From Trichosphaerium sp. ATCC 40318 (taxonomy: Eukaryota; Protista; Tubulinea), in assembly GCA_038496445.1 (NCBI GenBank), contig JALMLS010000244.1:1-56927 (forward strand): DNA of 56,927 bases, read 5' to 3'. Of this stretch, positions 1-13,700 are shown one piece after another. Position 1 is the first letter of the stretch. Each line of letters starts with the position of its first letter. Under the pieces are notes generated by a model. That model was given only the letters and a program-made list of their open reading frames with translations. It was not told where the DNA came from and did not search any database. Position numbers and translations under genes: made by a program.

Positions 1-1663
1 AAACGTGTCAGAAAAACAATACCTTTTTCATCAATGTTTTACTCATTTTGTCAGCTAGTGAGGTACGACCTTCAGCAACCAACATTGTAATAAATTTTTT
101 CTACACGCTCAATAATCTCGTCATAAAAATCAACCCAGTGATCGCCTATCCAGTGACCCATAACATTGACAACACGAATTTGGATTTCGTTTTTGTCCGC
201 TTTTAGATCATCTCTTTCAGGTACACAATATCGTTGTTCCAACTTATCCATAAGCAACTTTGGCGTAGCGAACGATCGGTATGTAAGTAAGAAAACCTTG
301 ACAAAATAGGGATTTGCTACAAATGTAATAAGAGAGGATTTTGTTAGTGAGAAAACGTACATCCTTTAGTTGCTGTCAAGTACTCAATGAGTCGATTTAG
401 GGACGCTGCAAGCAACTCTTCACCTTCCTATGTTATAATAAGCAACCTAAAGTGTAATTTATTGATATGAACTTACCATACGAATGTTGCCGTAAGGTTC
501 ATCCCAGAGAGGCATTTTTAAAGTCGGATGTTTAATTGCCAATTGATTTTCACGTTTGATATTCCATTCCTGGTCATGTGTCAAAATTACATGTGGATAG
601 TTAACGTACTTGTTCTACTAGTTTATCCATTGAAAATCCCTTAAGATCACATCGGAAACTTGCAGCCTGGTGCTCTACGCAGAGGTTAAGGAAATTCGTG
701 AATAACGAGTATTGAATGCAAAAGAATTTATCGAAAAATTTCGTACTTGTCCTATCTCTTCTACGCCTAAACATTTGAGACTCTTCATCAGTTTTACGTC
801 TGTCATGCTCCTTCATTTTGGCTTTTACTCCTAAATGTTTACGACTATTGCGCCTTAAGAGGCCTCCCATTGATCTACTCTTTCTTCTGGGCTCTTTTGC
901 ACTAGTTGGTACTGTCTGAATACGAAGACGTCTATCTTGAGCTTTCATCGACTCTTCCTTTAGGATATTTTCTGTTCGTTGTAAAAGCTTTTCTCTGTGC
1001 TTTTGAGAGGTTTCAGCGCGCTGCATTAAAACGAGAAACGTTCGAATTTCTTGTTGTATTGTTGCAACTGAAATTTTCTTTGATTTGCGTTTTTGGACGT
1101 TGGGTACAAGATCAACGTCCTTAGGCACTACGAGCTATACACAAGCATGTTAGAGCTTCGAATGAAATGATAATGCACTATTATGTGGACCTTTAATGAG
1201 CGTAAAAGATGCTGCAAGCGCTTGACGCTTTGTACGCCTTGGCCAGCGTCTTGATTTTGAACGAGTTGCCTCACTTGATCCTTAACCCACCGCGTTTTGG
1301 TTGTAATGTCCCATATTTGAAAGCAGAACGTGTTTTTCATGTCCCACAGTAGTGCATCATCGATGGTTGGGTTTACGGAAGGATATTCCTTTGGGTTAGG
1401 CACAACATGTAAAACCTTATTTTGTTAGTTTATTTCGTAAAAACCGCGTTATTCGCGCGTAAAGAACGTACTGCTTTGACTTTCATCAATGGACCAACAA
1501 AATATTTTATGTCTGCCCACCCATCATAATTGCTGAATTCTCGCGCTAGTGCGATAACTTTTTTGATAAAGCACAAAACCAAGGTTGTAGTTTCTTTACT
1601 TGTTGTACTAAGCGAAAGCAGTTCGTCACGCAGTACAGCGCTTGTGGGCGAAGCGTCAGCCAT
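1..1663 (-). CDS. Ras guanine-nucleotide exchange factor, multi-exon, runs off the left edge; REM domain visible
   Basis: Spliced minus-strand exons give LLAASLNRLIEYLT...YFVKVFLLTYRSFATPKLLMDKLEQRY...IQIRVVNVMGHWIGDHWVDF, a typical RasGEF REM domain. One extra base in the homopolymer near 95-100 breaks the frame; removing it restores ERVEKFITMLVAEG. Confidence 0.85.
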
Positions 1664-2122
1664 TTTTCAAGTTAACTAACGCTCAAACTGGTGTAATATT
1701 GTACTGTTATGAAACCATCAGCACACCAATCTTGCAAAATACTGAAATATTGGTTCAACGTGTTCTGTTTGTCTGTACCAACAGCTCAGTTTAGTTGTTA
1801 TTTTTGCTTAATTAGGGTTGGGGCTAAGGCAAGTTAAAAACCTCTGTTGACTTGGAGGCATTCCCGCTTATTTTTTTTTGTCTCATACATTCGTGGAACG
1901 TCACCACGCCTCTAAATATCAACTGTACATCTCCTCTGTTGTATTGTAAACAATCTACAAAGGTAATTAGACTCTACAACGCGTCCGTTTTCTCGATCGG
2001 CCGCTTGTAAAAAGTTTGCTCTTTTTCTTCATTTCTAGCATACACTACCACTCGTGACAACCTGTTATGTGATTTTCAGCTCATTATTTTCTAACGCCTC
2101 TTAGTTTTATGTACAAAACGCA

Positions 2123-2919
2123 ATGGAAGTTGACACCGTTCCTTATATGAGTGCGTACGGCTCACCAACACCAACTTTCGGTCAGATGGAATTTGCTTGG
2201 CCAAATAATGGTCGCAACAATGCGCAACCAACCTTCACACCTCCTCAATTCAATAATACTGGTTTCCACTCTGCTAGAGGCTCTTTTCCATCAAACGTGC
2301 CAACAACGATTCGCACAACGCCTTCAGCGTTCAACATACCCAACGAGCGTCGCGGTGTAAAAAGGAACCGCTCTGTAGATTATTCGTACGAACTGAAACT
2401 TTTATTTTTCTCTCTTTAAACTTTCACTCAACGATCCTTGAAAGAGAGAACTTTCTACTGGTTCCTGTCCTGAGTGTAGCGTATTTTTCGGTACTTACTA
2501 TCTCTGTTAGAGACGATTACAACCAGGTTAACAGGTGTATGAAGCGATTGCGTATACCTCAAAATTTAACGCTTCACGTCCGCACTCTGCATGGCAGATT
2601 ACTCAAAATCACAGTAAACAGCGATGACTGTGTTCAAAAGATAAAGGAAGAAATTTTAAAGCGTGAAGGTACGATCTCATTGCTTTTGTTTCGAATATTC
2701 TCCAACCGCCAAAAAAAAAGTTTAAAAATGAGAGTCTTTGTTCTTGGTATTTTTAATTTAAATGTATTTCTTGTTCTCACCTAGGACGTAGGTATTCCGT
2801 ACGAGCAACAACGTTTGGTGTATCGGGGAAAGCTTATGGCCGACTGCCGAACACTGCGAAATTATGGCCTTGAAGATAATGCGAAACTTCACATGGTCCT
2901 ACAACTTCGTGGTGGATGA
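2123..2919 (+). CDS. Ubiquitin/NEDD8-like protein with a ~110 aa low-complexity N-terminal extension, ending LQLRGG*
   Basis: Three exons; C-terminal domain LHVRTLHGRLLKITVNSDDCVQKIKEEILKREG|IPYEQQRLVYRGKLMADCRTLRNYGLEDNAKLHMVLQLRGG then TGA at 2917-2919. Confidence 0.85.
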
Positions 2920-3393
2920 ACAGCACTTTTTATTCGTAAACCTCGGCTGGAGTCTACTCTTTGTACCATAGATGAGGCTTTACTTGCCTGTAAATAAAAG
3001 CAATTAAACCCACACACAGTTGGATAGTTAAACTCTCCTAGGAATTTTGGCGTTTAAGCGTCACCCACCGTTCATAACAACTTTGCAAAACTGTAACTAG
3101 TCTAATGCGCTTGTTTCATGCTCGGCAAGTGGTTTTGGAGCACTTCGATGTGCAAAACGTCACGTTTTTGGTAATTGTTCAACAACTTTCTGTTTTTAGG
3201 TGTTTGGTGGTTTAAACGGTTTTTGTTGCTAAAGCGCAAGAGAATATTCGTCTTTCTCTCAAGGGATTACCGTTGGTAGATGGCTTGTCTTTAAATCGCT
3301 AGAAAAGGCATGTATAAAATCAAACGTTGAAATTTCGCGACTACCAGCAATTGGCTCATACCAGCACGTTGCATCGGAGAGGCCATTAAAAAG

Positions 3394-4626
3394 ATGGATG
3401 ACATTCAGAGATTGTAAGTAGCGAACCAAAGAAATATTGTACTTAGCAAATTTATAGGCGCTCGCAACAAATACAAAGCCTACGCGCGTTCTTCCCTCAC
3501 ACCAACGAATTAGCGCCAAATTTGTTTGACGTGCCCCTGTTCCTGAATAATGGCAACAACGTATCTGTAAGGCTGTACGTAGCGTTTAGAGGCCTTATTT
3601 AACTCTATAAGGATTCTACCGTCAAACTTCCCTCAAACGCGCCCAACAATATCAATACCCGATCAAAATCATCACATGTTAGGTGCGTACCGCTATTAGG
3701 CTATTAGTAATATTGTTTAGATAGAAATTACACAATAATACCATCAAAAATCCCTAGCCTTCAAAATTGGACAATGCACACCGACTTGGGCGCATTAATA
3801 CAGGTAACAGTTTTTTGTTTCAGTTAAATACGCTACGGGAACCTCCCTTACGTTTTACAGTTGGTAGCTCACCACCTAAACAACCCTCAACCTCAAGCCA
3901 TGCGTTCAAGCAGTCCAAGCCAACACCGTAACAGCACGCCTCAAGCACAGATGCCAGTTGCTAATACCACCGCCAACTGTCGAGAAATTAATGACTTAGA
4001 GTATGGCTATCAAACCAATGACAGACTTCTGACGGTTTGTATTAGCGTTGCTAGGATGCAACAACTCATGGACAACCCAGAAGAATTTAGTGTTTTCTTC
4101 TTTAATTTAGACGTTGTAAAGAACTGCGCAAAACTCAGAGAGGAAGTAGATGAGCGTAATAAGGCTCTCCAAGGTAAATTTAATGTCACAAACCTAGACT
4201 GCTCACGTTGCTACAGCCAAAAACAACGAAATACAGGGAGAGCTTCAGCAACTACGTGGAGTGGAACAAGAGAAGCAAAAGTCTCTTCAAGAGCTAAGCG
4301 CAGAGTATGATGCTCTACAGAACAAGAGAGATGAGTTGCAACAAGTATGTGTAACAGCTGTGGTGCTTACAACCTTTCTTTTGTTTAACTATAAATTGTA
4401 GAGAGTGGGAAAGCAAGCATTGTTATCTAGGCTTGCTGAGAAGATAGATGAGGCAGAAGAACAAGCAGATGAAGTTCAAAGCAAATATGAATACGGTGGT
4501 GATTACTTGGCCTATGTTCGTAGTTATATGCCTTTACGTACAAAATACCACCTGAGGTAAGCAGTGTAAACTTTTTTTTTCCTGTTCTAACAAGATTTAA
4601 GGACAATCAAGTCAAAGAATTTTTAA
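3394..4626 (+). CDS. VPS37: ESCRT-I subunit VPS37(A)-like (UEV-like N-terminus, Mod(r) C-terminus)
   Basis: Spliced: MDDIQRLRSQQIQSLR...LILPSNFPQTRPTI...LQNWTMHTDLG, then a coiled coil and LLSRLAEKIDEAEEQADEVQSKY...YVRSYMPLRTKYHLR (Mod_r signature). Confidence 0.8.
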
Positions 4627-4770
4627 ATCAAACTACAGTCACCACCGCCTTTGGTGATATGTTCATTGTATAATAAAACATTGCATTATAGCTGATAGTT
4701 AATTCATGGCATGGAGAACTTGCAGAAAGAGCTCGGGAGGATAAAGAGGGGAATGAATTTATTTTTTGAT

Positions 4771-5780
4771 TTATTTTGTAGAATCGTGATACCGCACTAC
4801 AGGTTCTCCTAATTCGTTCCAATGACTTTCGTCTCCTTTAGGAAGTCCCTCAGAAAACATACAATGCACACTTAGTTGCCCGTTTTCGTGCCATTCTCTG
4901 TATTCGCCTTCTTTTTGACTATCTACAACCATACATTGAACCTTAATTTGACCATTTTCGTGCCACTCCTTATGTTCTCCTTGCTTCATTCCTTTAACAA
5001 CTGAGTATTGAATACTCATTTGTCCGTTTTCATGCCACTCTGTGCTCAAGCCTTCCTTGACACCATCAATCATAGTACATTCCATTTTGAGTTGTCCGCT
5101 TTCAAACCACATCTTGTTTTCATGTTTGCGAGGAGAAATCTCCTTGGAGCACATCTTGAGTTGCCCACTTCTATATCTTAACTCTACATCGCCTGACTGC
5201 TTACCATTGATTAATGTGTAGTGGTCCTTTAGGACTCCATTATCATACCATGTGCTCATCTCACCTTCAAGCTTGCCATTTACCATTGAACATTTGACTT
5301 CGAGTTGTCCATTCTTGTGCCATTGGAGTACCTCACCTTCTCTTGTATCATTATCCAAGGTACATACCATACTTAGTTGCCCGTTTTCGTGCCATTGTTT
5401 GCATATACCTTCACCCTTACCCTTTACTACATTGTATTGCATTGAAGGTTTGCCATTTAGGTGATACTTTATGTGAAGACCTTCTTTCACGCCATTAACA
5501 AAGGTGATTAGCATTTTAAGTGATCCATTTGTATGCCACAATAACCATGTGCCATGTTTTTCCATTTTGGAGTTGTAACATGTCATTGTAGCTGTAGTTT
5601 TACTCAATAAACTCCTTCAAAAAAATTAGCAAAAAACTGGTAAAATATTTCTCCTTTGTACCATTTTTGGAAAGCTTCAGGAGTGTGTGATGATATCAAC
5701 CGTTGTATGTCTTTCGGTAACATCTCTAAAACACTTTTATTTTGTATCATAGAATCGTTGGACGCATCGTTAAGTGCCAT
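4771..5780 (-). CDS. F-box-like motif plus MORN-variant (YwqK-like) repeat protein
   Basis: Exon 1 (ATG 5780) joined through one GT-AG intron gives LEMLPKDIQRLISSHTPEAFQKWSLLSKT (F-box-like). About ten 24-aa repeats G..EG...EWHENGQL follow in one long exon. Confidence 0.8.
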
Positions 5781-6199
5781 AGTCCTAGTCGTATTAAGTT
5801 ACAGACTGACACAATTGTGTTACGCTTGAATAAACTAGGTACTAATACTCACTTGATTATTAAATTTATAGTGTTGTAACCGGTGTGAAAAAAGTAGAGT
5901 TATGTTTCAGCAGATTCTGACATTTTCACTGAAATTTCAAATCACGTGAATTTTTTCTAGAAGACCCAAACACCTTCATGAAAGTTGATCGAAACCATTT
6001 TTATCAACTTTATAAACTGACAAACTCTCCAAGGGATTTGTTAATGAATACTATGAACAAGATAGGTATGATGGACAATCAAGTTCGCAAAAGTGAAATG
6101 ACTTGAAAAAAAAAAAAAAGAAAAAAAAAAAGAAAGGGACAATTAAGTAATTTATTGATAACAACAGTTGTACAAAGATCTTTTAGATTACGAAAATTG

Positions 6200-8150
6200 A
6201 GAAAAGTTCACTTTGAAGATCCGAATCCAGACGAAGTTAAGGTTTTTGTAGTAAAGTAGAAGGGCTATTTGAGATTAATTGTCTTAGTTTAGGTTTTTTT
6301 GAGTATTGTAAGGAGAGTATTGTGAAGAAGTGCTATTGTAGAAGTGCTAGCTGTTGGAGTAATCATTGGTATAGAAATACCGTGGGCTATGCGCTACCGT
6401 TACTGGTATATTGTCGTATGAGCAAGTAGAAGATATTTCTCCTCTGCTTTTATTTATTATTTTTTACTAGGTAAGCCTCGGCAAAACGTACCTAAAGAAA
6501 ATGACAGGATGCAGCATTTGTAAAAGTTGCTCTGGAACAAAACAATACCTATGAACGTAGATAAGATTGCTCCTAGTGCCTCCATGACATGCAAAGGGTT
6601 CAAGGTTGTAACTTGCATACCTAGCGTCTAAGAAATAAAATGATGTACCTTAAGCTTGAACCTCGCGGGCGTGGTCTGGGTTAATTATAGAAACCAGAGC
6701 CGAACAATCATCTTGATGACTTTTGCACCGGCTATGAAGTACATCCCTTCGCTCCCGTGTTATGTGGTCAAAAGGTCTTAGCGTGCCTCTATGGTTTACA
6801 AGTTCGTTGCTAGCACCTTCCACACACGTTTGTTGTAGAACAACTCACGGAGCTGCATGGTTTTGTGGGGTTCGTTTGATTAACCTACAAGTAAATGACG
6901 TACAATTGATCATTATCAATAAGATTCGCGGTGATTTAGTTTACAAGCGGAAGAAGGTATGCAAACTTTACTCGACACACCTATAAAAAAAAGCCTAACA
7001 GCAATGGTAACTTACTTAACCCTTCTGGTAAGTGCTCATGCAAGCACATTACCGCTGTAAGACAGGCTTGACAGACTTGACAGACCTCTTGCACTAGGTA
7101 GTAATACCTATCCCAGAAGTCGTTGTCAAAGTTGACTTCTTTGTAATACTCCTCATCAAGGAGGTAGCCGTGTTTCTCATCAAATAAATGTCTTTCCCGG
7201 TACTTGATGTCTATATCATTGGACTTACAAAAGTCTTTGTTGAGGAGCATTTCGTGGTAGTGTAAAACCTAATGCTTGTGTAAGTATAAAAAAAAAGGAA
7301 CGTACCGCGTTTCGGTGTACTAATAATCTGGACCAATTCTAAACAATCGGCTTCCAACTTGCTCAAATCGACTTTACCACCATGGCAAAGCTCGCCACGT
7401 TTTATTACTACTCTTCGCCATAATATATTGGCTCTAAGAGCGTCTCTCCGCTTGGCCTTGAGAAACGAATGCATTAACCCCCATAAACCATTGTCGTGGA
7501 ACAATAAGGAGTTCCAGCCACAAATGTCCAAACACCGAAGGAGTGGCAACCCTTCGGGTATGTCGCTTTCTAAAATTGCGAAAACAGCCATTACTGACTC
7601 GCACACCACCTCTAGCGCATGTGCAAAACATCTCCACGTAGTGCGATCCCGTGCAATATAACGGGCGACAGTTAAAAATCGCACTTTGTCTTGTAACTAA
7701 AAATAGAATTAGATAAACCACAGATACAATAACAAAGTAAACCTTGCGTACTCCGAGTCAGTGAGTGCCTTGGAACCTGTGCATCACAGAAAATGTAAAA
7801 ATCATTAGCTTGAGAAAGAACTGGCAAAAAAACTAAGCGTACATTGTAAAGCCAATAGTTTTGCTCGTGGACCATCTCTAGTTTTGTGAAATCTACCGCT
7901 GTAAGTACGTTCCACGCCAGAGAAAAAAGCGAAAAAACCAAAAAACTGATGAGAGAAAAAGAAAACAACAAAAAAACGTGCAATAAACACGTGTTACGGT
8001 TCTATTAATTCCGAATTCTTGCTTTTTTCCACAAAACACTATCTCGAGAAATAAAACGTGCAATGTACGTACCTGTTTCAGCTGCTTGCCTAAAGATGTT
8101 AATCTATCCATCCCTCATAGGTCTGGTATTCTAACGATGTTTCTTTAACT
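6200..8150 (-). CDS. HEPN-like family A member 1: two tandem domains, the second disrupted, plus a hydrophobic tail; ends approximate
   Basis: Domain 1: IPEGLPLLRCLDICGW...KRGELCHG...DCLELVQII. Domain 2: FCKSNDIDI...HLPEGL...ERRDVLHSRC...DDCSALVSIINP, with frameshifts/stops. Clear paralog of the 20.4 kb and 56 kb ORFs. Confidence 0.6.
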
Positions 8151-9145
8151 CCTATGAAAGATTAGAAATTACGATTGCAAAGGAATGAATAAAAAGCTTC
8201 ATTAAATTATTTACACGTGTTACGCGTAAATTACGTGCCTCAAAACCCTAGTATTGAGATGCTTCGGGTGTTTCTCAAGTTGTGCGTTGCCGAATAGTCA
8301 ATGTGTTTTAGTTCCTACAGAATTTGTAAGTAAGTAAACAACAAAAGAACTGAAGCTCAAACAAGCCTAGAAAATTTTGCTTTATACTAATGGCGGTTCA
8401 TGTACTATAGCCATCAGCTTTGGACTTTGATTTGCAGGAAGAGCTACTAAGCGGTGGTGGACTGATGAGATTTGAAATATTTGCCTTACTTCACGTGGTA
8501 TTTGTGATCCAAAAACCACGTGAAGCATGTATGGTTGCAAAAAAAAACTCATCAGCAAAGTGTATGAATTCTAATTCCAGTGTGAAGTTTAAAGGAACAC
8601 GATAGTACGTAGTGAGGTTTGTGTCCTTCACAAGAAGTTTAATAATCTACTAGACCTTATCAAAACAATTATGAAACTTACTGAGTTGCTCCTTCGACAA
8701 CAAATGAACCAAGCTTTAATCGTCCCTGCGCTCTACTTGGATTCCGTAAATTCTTAAGAGAAGCATTGATGTTGTACGATACTAACTTTGTTTCCGTTCA
8801 CTATCGTTTGTTTAACATTGAACTGATCAAAGATGTCATATTAAGCTTCTTTGAAGCTGTTGACATGTGCGTTTACAAAAACAACATTCAAGCACTGGCG
8901 CTGTCTAAATTGAGTCTTTCCAAGACAATGCAAGAAACACAGTTTGGAAGAGAACAGGTGATGTAGCCACTAAACAACATACCCCAATAAAAAGCAAACC
9001 TTTAAGTTGAAATTACGCACGTGATGCGCCGAAGAGCGATAAATAGAAATCCTTCAAAATGTACGTACGGCAATTACTACAACCAGTGGCATAAGTCGTT
9101 GCTAAGACTTAATTCTTAGGCCTTCCTTAAGAGTACTACGTTGCG

Positions 9146-10382
9146 ATGTCAGCACTACCACTACATATGGATTTTAACAGTGGGCTTGGCTCCTCTGATA
9201 ATCCTGTATGGCGTCGCACATGGAATTATCTACGTCGTGTATTATATTACCCCCAAATGGATCTAGAGTACACGCTATGGCAAATGATCTACCTTTGCAT
9301 CTCCCCTAAACAAGTGTACGCTTTTTCATCTAAACGGCCTTATTTAATGGTTTTTAGGTACAAAACTACAAAATACCATAAACGTAAGCGCTTTTAGAAG
9401 GTTTTTGCGTACTCATGCTGGTAGAAACAAAAAATCAATGGGCCAGAGACGACCCAGGCTTTATATGTGTACAAGTGTATTTTTTAATCGTTTCTACGAT
9501 AGCTTGGTGTATAATGATGCGTGCGTTTGCTTGACGTTGCCCAGAGTGGTTCTAAACTACGTAGGCGTTTCATTTATGCGCGGATTGTTCATAACGCTCA
9601 GTGTTGTGTTCGGTGATTATTTACTCTTCGGCGCTATTATTGCCACCATTGGATGGTACGTGAGAGTACTGAAATGTAACTGTCAAGCTTGTCATTTTCT
9701 TTTTGTTGTTTTTACCGACATAAAGAAAGTCGTGGCGAACAAGGATCTAGCTCTTACAAAAATCCAAATTTTTAATGTCATGAGAGTTGTTAAATTATTG
9801 TAGGTTTATAGCAAACAAATACATGCGTGTCTCAGGTTTACACTCAGTGGAGCAGGTACGAAAATTAACTTCATTTTCAGTTTATGAAATTCCACAACAG
9901 TTTCACTGCCTTGTTTTTTATGAACTGTCATCAAGTTAATTTATACGAATCATGTACCTACACTACTCTTGCTTATATATACGTAGGATGTGGAATGGCT
10001 CTATGCTTTTGATGTTCACTGTAATGCATTCTTTCCACTTTTTCTAATATGTCACGTGGTTCAATTTTTTCTCATTTACTTTTTGCTTGGCAATGGCATA
10101 TTTGTTACCTTCTTATCGGATACACTATACCTTGCAGCGTTTAGTTGTTATTTTTACATTACATTCAGTGGATACACAGGTACGCGATTCGCGTTTTGGC
10201 AACAAATTTATAGATGTTTTTTATTATGGTTTACTTGTCATTAACCCGTAATAGTATTGCCCTTCTTACACAAGACTGAATGGTTCTTATATCCTATTGG
10301 ATTTATGTTCTTATTCTACATCACAGCGATGATATTTGGGCTAAACTTTACTGTGATTTCAATGAACTTGTATTTTGCTTAG
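9146..10382 (+). CDS. UNC50: UNC-50 family Golgi membrane protein
   Basis: Cleanly spliced: QMDLEYTLWQMIYLCISPKQVYKTTKYHKQTKNQWARDDP...VEWLYAFDVHCNAFFPLF...YITFSGYTVLPFL. Confidence 0.95.
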
Positions 10383-10700
10383 ATTTGATTTATGTTTTAT
10401 AAAAAAACCTCAACAACGCTCTTGACATGCCTGTAAAAATTCCATACAGAGTGTTGTGTCTTGCTTGTAAATAATACTATTGCATGCCTGTGCTTTATCG
10501 TTTTGTTTGATGTACATTCAATGACTAAAGTGTAAAACATAAACGCCTGACTATTACTGTACAAACTGTTTCCCAACCGCTCTCTGACAGTTGCTGCTGT
10601 AATTTCTTGTTGGTTACTTCTTTACAGACGATATTTGACTTTTGGTTTAAAAATACGCGTAAACTTCAAACCCAAAAAACGTTGGTGTGTCAAACGCAAA

Positions 10701-13700
10701 ATGTCGGCAGATCCGGCCGCTAGCCAGCCAACAGTGTTTATTGTTAGCCTTCGCTTGGATGACGGAGATGCTGCAGGTGTAAGCATACTAGGTGCGAAAA
10801 AAGAAACAACAGATTGTTGTTATCTCTTTAACATATAAAACTAGGACCGGCAGATGACTGGGCCAAAGGCGTTAAAATGACAAAGGTTGATGGTGTCAAA
10901 TGGCACGCTTCGTGTACCTTGGAGGTACACATAGCACCGTACTTAGACGTATTTATCATCTGATGTCAGTTTTTAGAGTCCTTTCAACTATAAATACAAG
11001 ATATACCGTCCAGGCGATTTAACCGGCGTTGTAGAGGTAATTCTAAGAGTTGAAAATGAACTTGGAAAAGTCTGCTTCCTGAAAAAACAAACAGAAAAAA
11101 ATCTCATTTCTTTATTACGATTACATAACGGTAGCGTTAGTGATCACTGTTTTTAGTAACAAGCACACTCAACGTGTCCTATCAATCAAACTTCACTCGT
11201 TTTTTGAAACGAATCTTACATGTTTTTTGTTATGACTCAACTAAATATATTAGGTATGTCCTGTACGTCGTTGTGATACATTGGGAAAGACGTATATCGA
11301 TCAATGGGATTATCCGTCTCTCACAAAGGTTCAAGTGCGTTAAGACTTTAAAACACTTGATATTTGGTTGTAATTAATGTTTCTAGGATGAACCGCCACA
11401 TGAAATAGCTTCTAAGGTATCTAGTGATGACTTTAAAACAAAAGCAGGAGATTTCGATGATTCCAAAGGATTTGTAGATATTCCTTCTATTGGTAATCAC
11501 GTGACACCAACCATCATTCTTTTTTAATTTTTGACTAACATTAACCAAAAGATATTGGAAATTTTTCGTCAAGTGAAGGTGCGTACATTGGTTATTCACC
11601 TTGTGTTGTTTTTTAATTTTGTATTAATCATATAAAATAGAGAGCGAAGAACCACCTGTAACAGGACTGGATGACGAAGACGCTAAAGCGTTAGAGGAAT
11701 TCCAAAATCCAGACACAATTTTCGATGATGATCCCGGGAGTTTAAGGGGCCCTATGAGCCAAGACAAAGTAGATGTTAGTAACACTGGTAGTAAACCTGG
11801 TGAAAATCAAGAGGAACTCGTTGTTGATCCAAATTACGAGCCGTATGGTACACTACACTCAGAAGCAGATTCTTTTTCTTTTTCTCAGACATGTTAATAT
11901 CTGCACCAATAAGGTATGTTAACTTTTTGTTGTGACAGGTTCTTCATACGAAGATGTTGAATTGAGGAAAGATACAGATGCAAAACTTGATCCAAAACCC
12001 AAGAAGGTATGTTACAAGTGTGGCTGTTTTGTTTTTTCTCACTGTTGTTAATCTCCCTCCCTTAGAATACCTCAAACATAATTATTAATATACTTGACAC
12101 CCATGTTGCAAGTGATACACTTCGTTCGTGGGTTGTATACAGTGTACAGTCTACGGTATGTTTATACTTCATGCGTCTTTCGAGTGATTGTAAAATTAGT
12201 TTATTTCTCCTTCGGAACGTGTTCATGTTGAGCGTCGTTACAGTGATTTTCTATGGCTTCGTGATAGATTGGCTGGAAAGTATAAATACTACATAATGCC
12301 TCCACTACCGCGAAAGGTTCCAGTATCAACAAGTACGTCACCAAAAAGTTAAAGGAACAAAGACAGTTTTCCCACGTTAATGAAATTCAAGACCACTTCA
12401 CGCTCGTATTCAGGCAATATAGAAAGAAGCTGTTACAAATATTCCTTCAACGCATAGCGAATCATAGGGCTTTATCAAAATCAAAAGACTTTAAAAAGTT
12501 CTTGCGTGAGCAGGTACGAAAACGTGCAGCAGAGTATTGCAGAATTGAAAGAAGTTGAGGTTTTTTTGGTGGAAATTATCCTGTGGTGTTGAGTCTTTGG
12601 GTGCTGATTGCTTCCTATTAGGACTATCAAAAAAACTTGAAGAAGGGTACATGGAAAGAATGGGGTCAAAAAAGCACATCAATATTTATGGCTAAGAGTA
12701 AGGAAGTGGCAAGTAGGCTTCCACATATTCACAAAGAAGTTGCTGTTACAACTGGCACTAAAGCAGTAGAAGATGTACGACTATTGCATAATCCCTATCT
12801 AAGAGTCTTGGTTATATCCCTGACATGGACCTAGGAAGATCCTTGGTTTCAAGCTGTAAGAGAACTTACTGAAGGCGCTGCTGTTTCGTTTAGAAAAGTG
12901 CGAATTCTTTTGGTTTTTACGGAATATTTTGAGATAACATACTAATTATATTCTGCAGTTGTTAGCTGCATCTCAGATGTTGTCGGCAAAAGAGCGAGGT
13001 AAGACATGAGAAAACAGTATTTTCGTAGCAGAAGAATAGATTTCTAAGGAAAAGAAATGTTGCCATGCGTTGATGAAATTAACTATAAATAGGGTTCAAT
13101 AAAATATTATCTGCTTTGTCTCAAGTCAGCGCAGACTTTTCATCTGTCGAAGTTATGGGCAATAGCAATTCTACTTTGTATAAGCCACTAGTCAAGCTAT
13201 CTGAAGTGGCAGTAAGACTCTAAATTTCCATTTTCTCAGCCAACAACGTGTTTCTAACTTTTCTTTTTCAAGGGAAGATTGAGCGAGCTAGAAACAAAAT
13301 TAGCAGAATCCGAACCTCAAAAATTTGGGGAAACAGTTGAGGATTTTCTAGGTTACTCCATGGTTGTCAAGGTTTGTACCAAGCGTATAAATTGATTGCC
13401 CTCATTTATTCATAATTTATTAATAGGCTGCACTACATAAGCGATATGTAATGATGCTTCAATTGGAAGAACAACAAAAAGTTAGAGGAAAAAGAAAAGG
13501 AACATTGATTGAAACAAAACTAGACCAAGAGCGTGTTCTTAATTCAGCTGAAGGATTCTTCGAGGTCAGTACTTTATTTACACCAATGTTACAGCACTAC
13601 CTATTTTAATCATCTGCATTTAGGCCGAGTTTAGTCATTATTCAACGAAACAAAAGTTTGATAGGATAGCTCAAAGAAATAAGCAGTGTATGCAACAATA

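Noticed and set aside
85-105. Frameshift in the RasGEF exon as programmed frameshifting
   Set aside because: It lies in an A-homopolymer and one base fewer restores the frame; typical long-read error.
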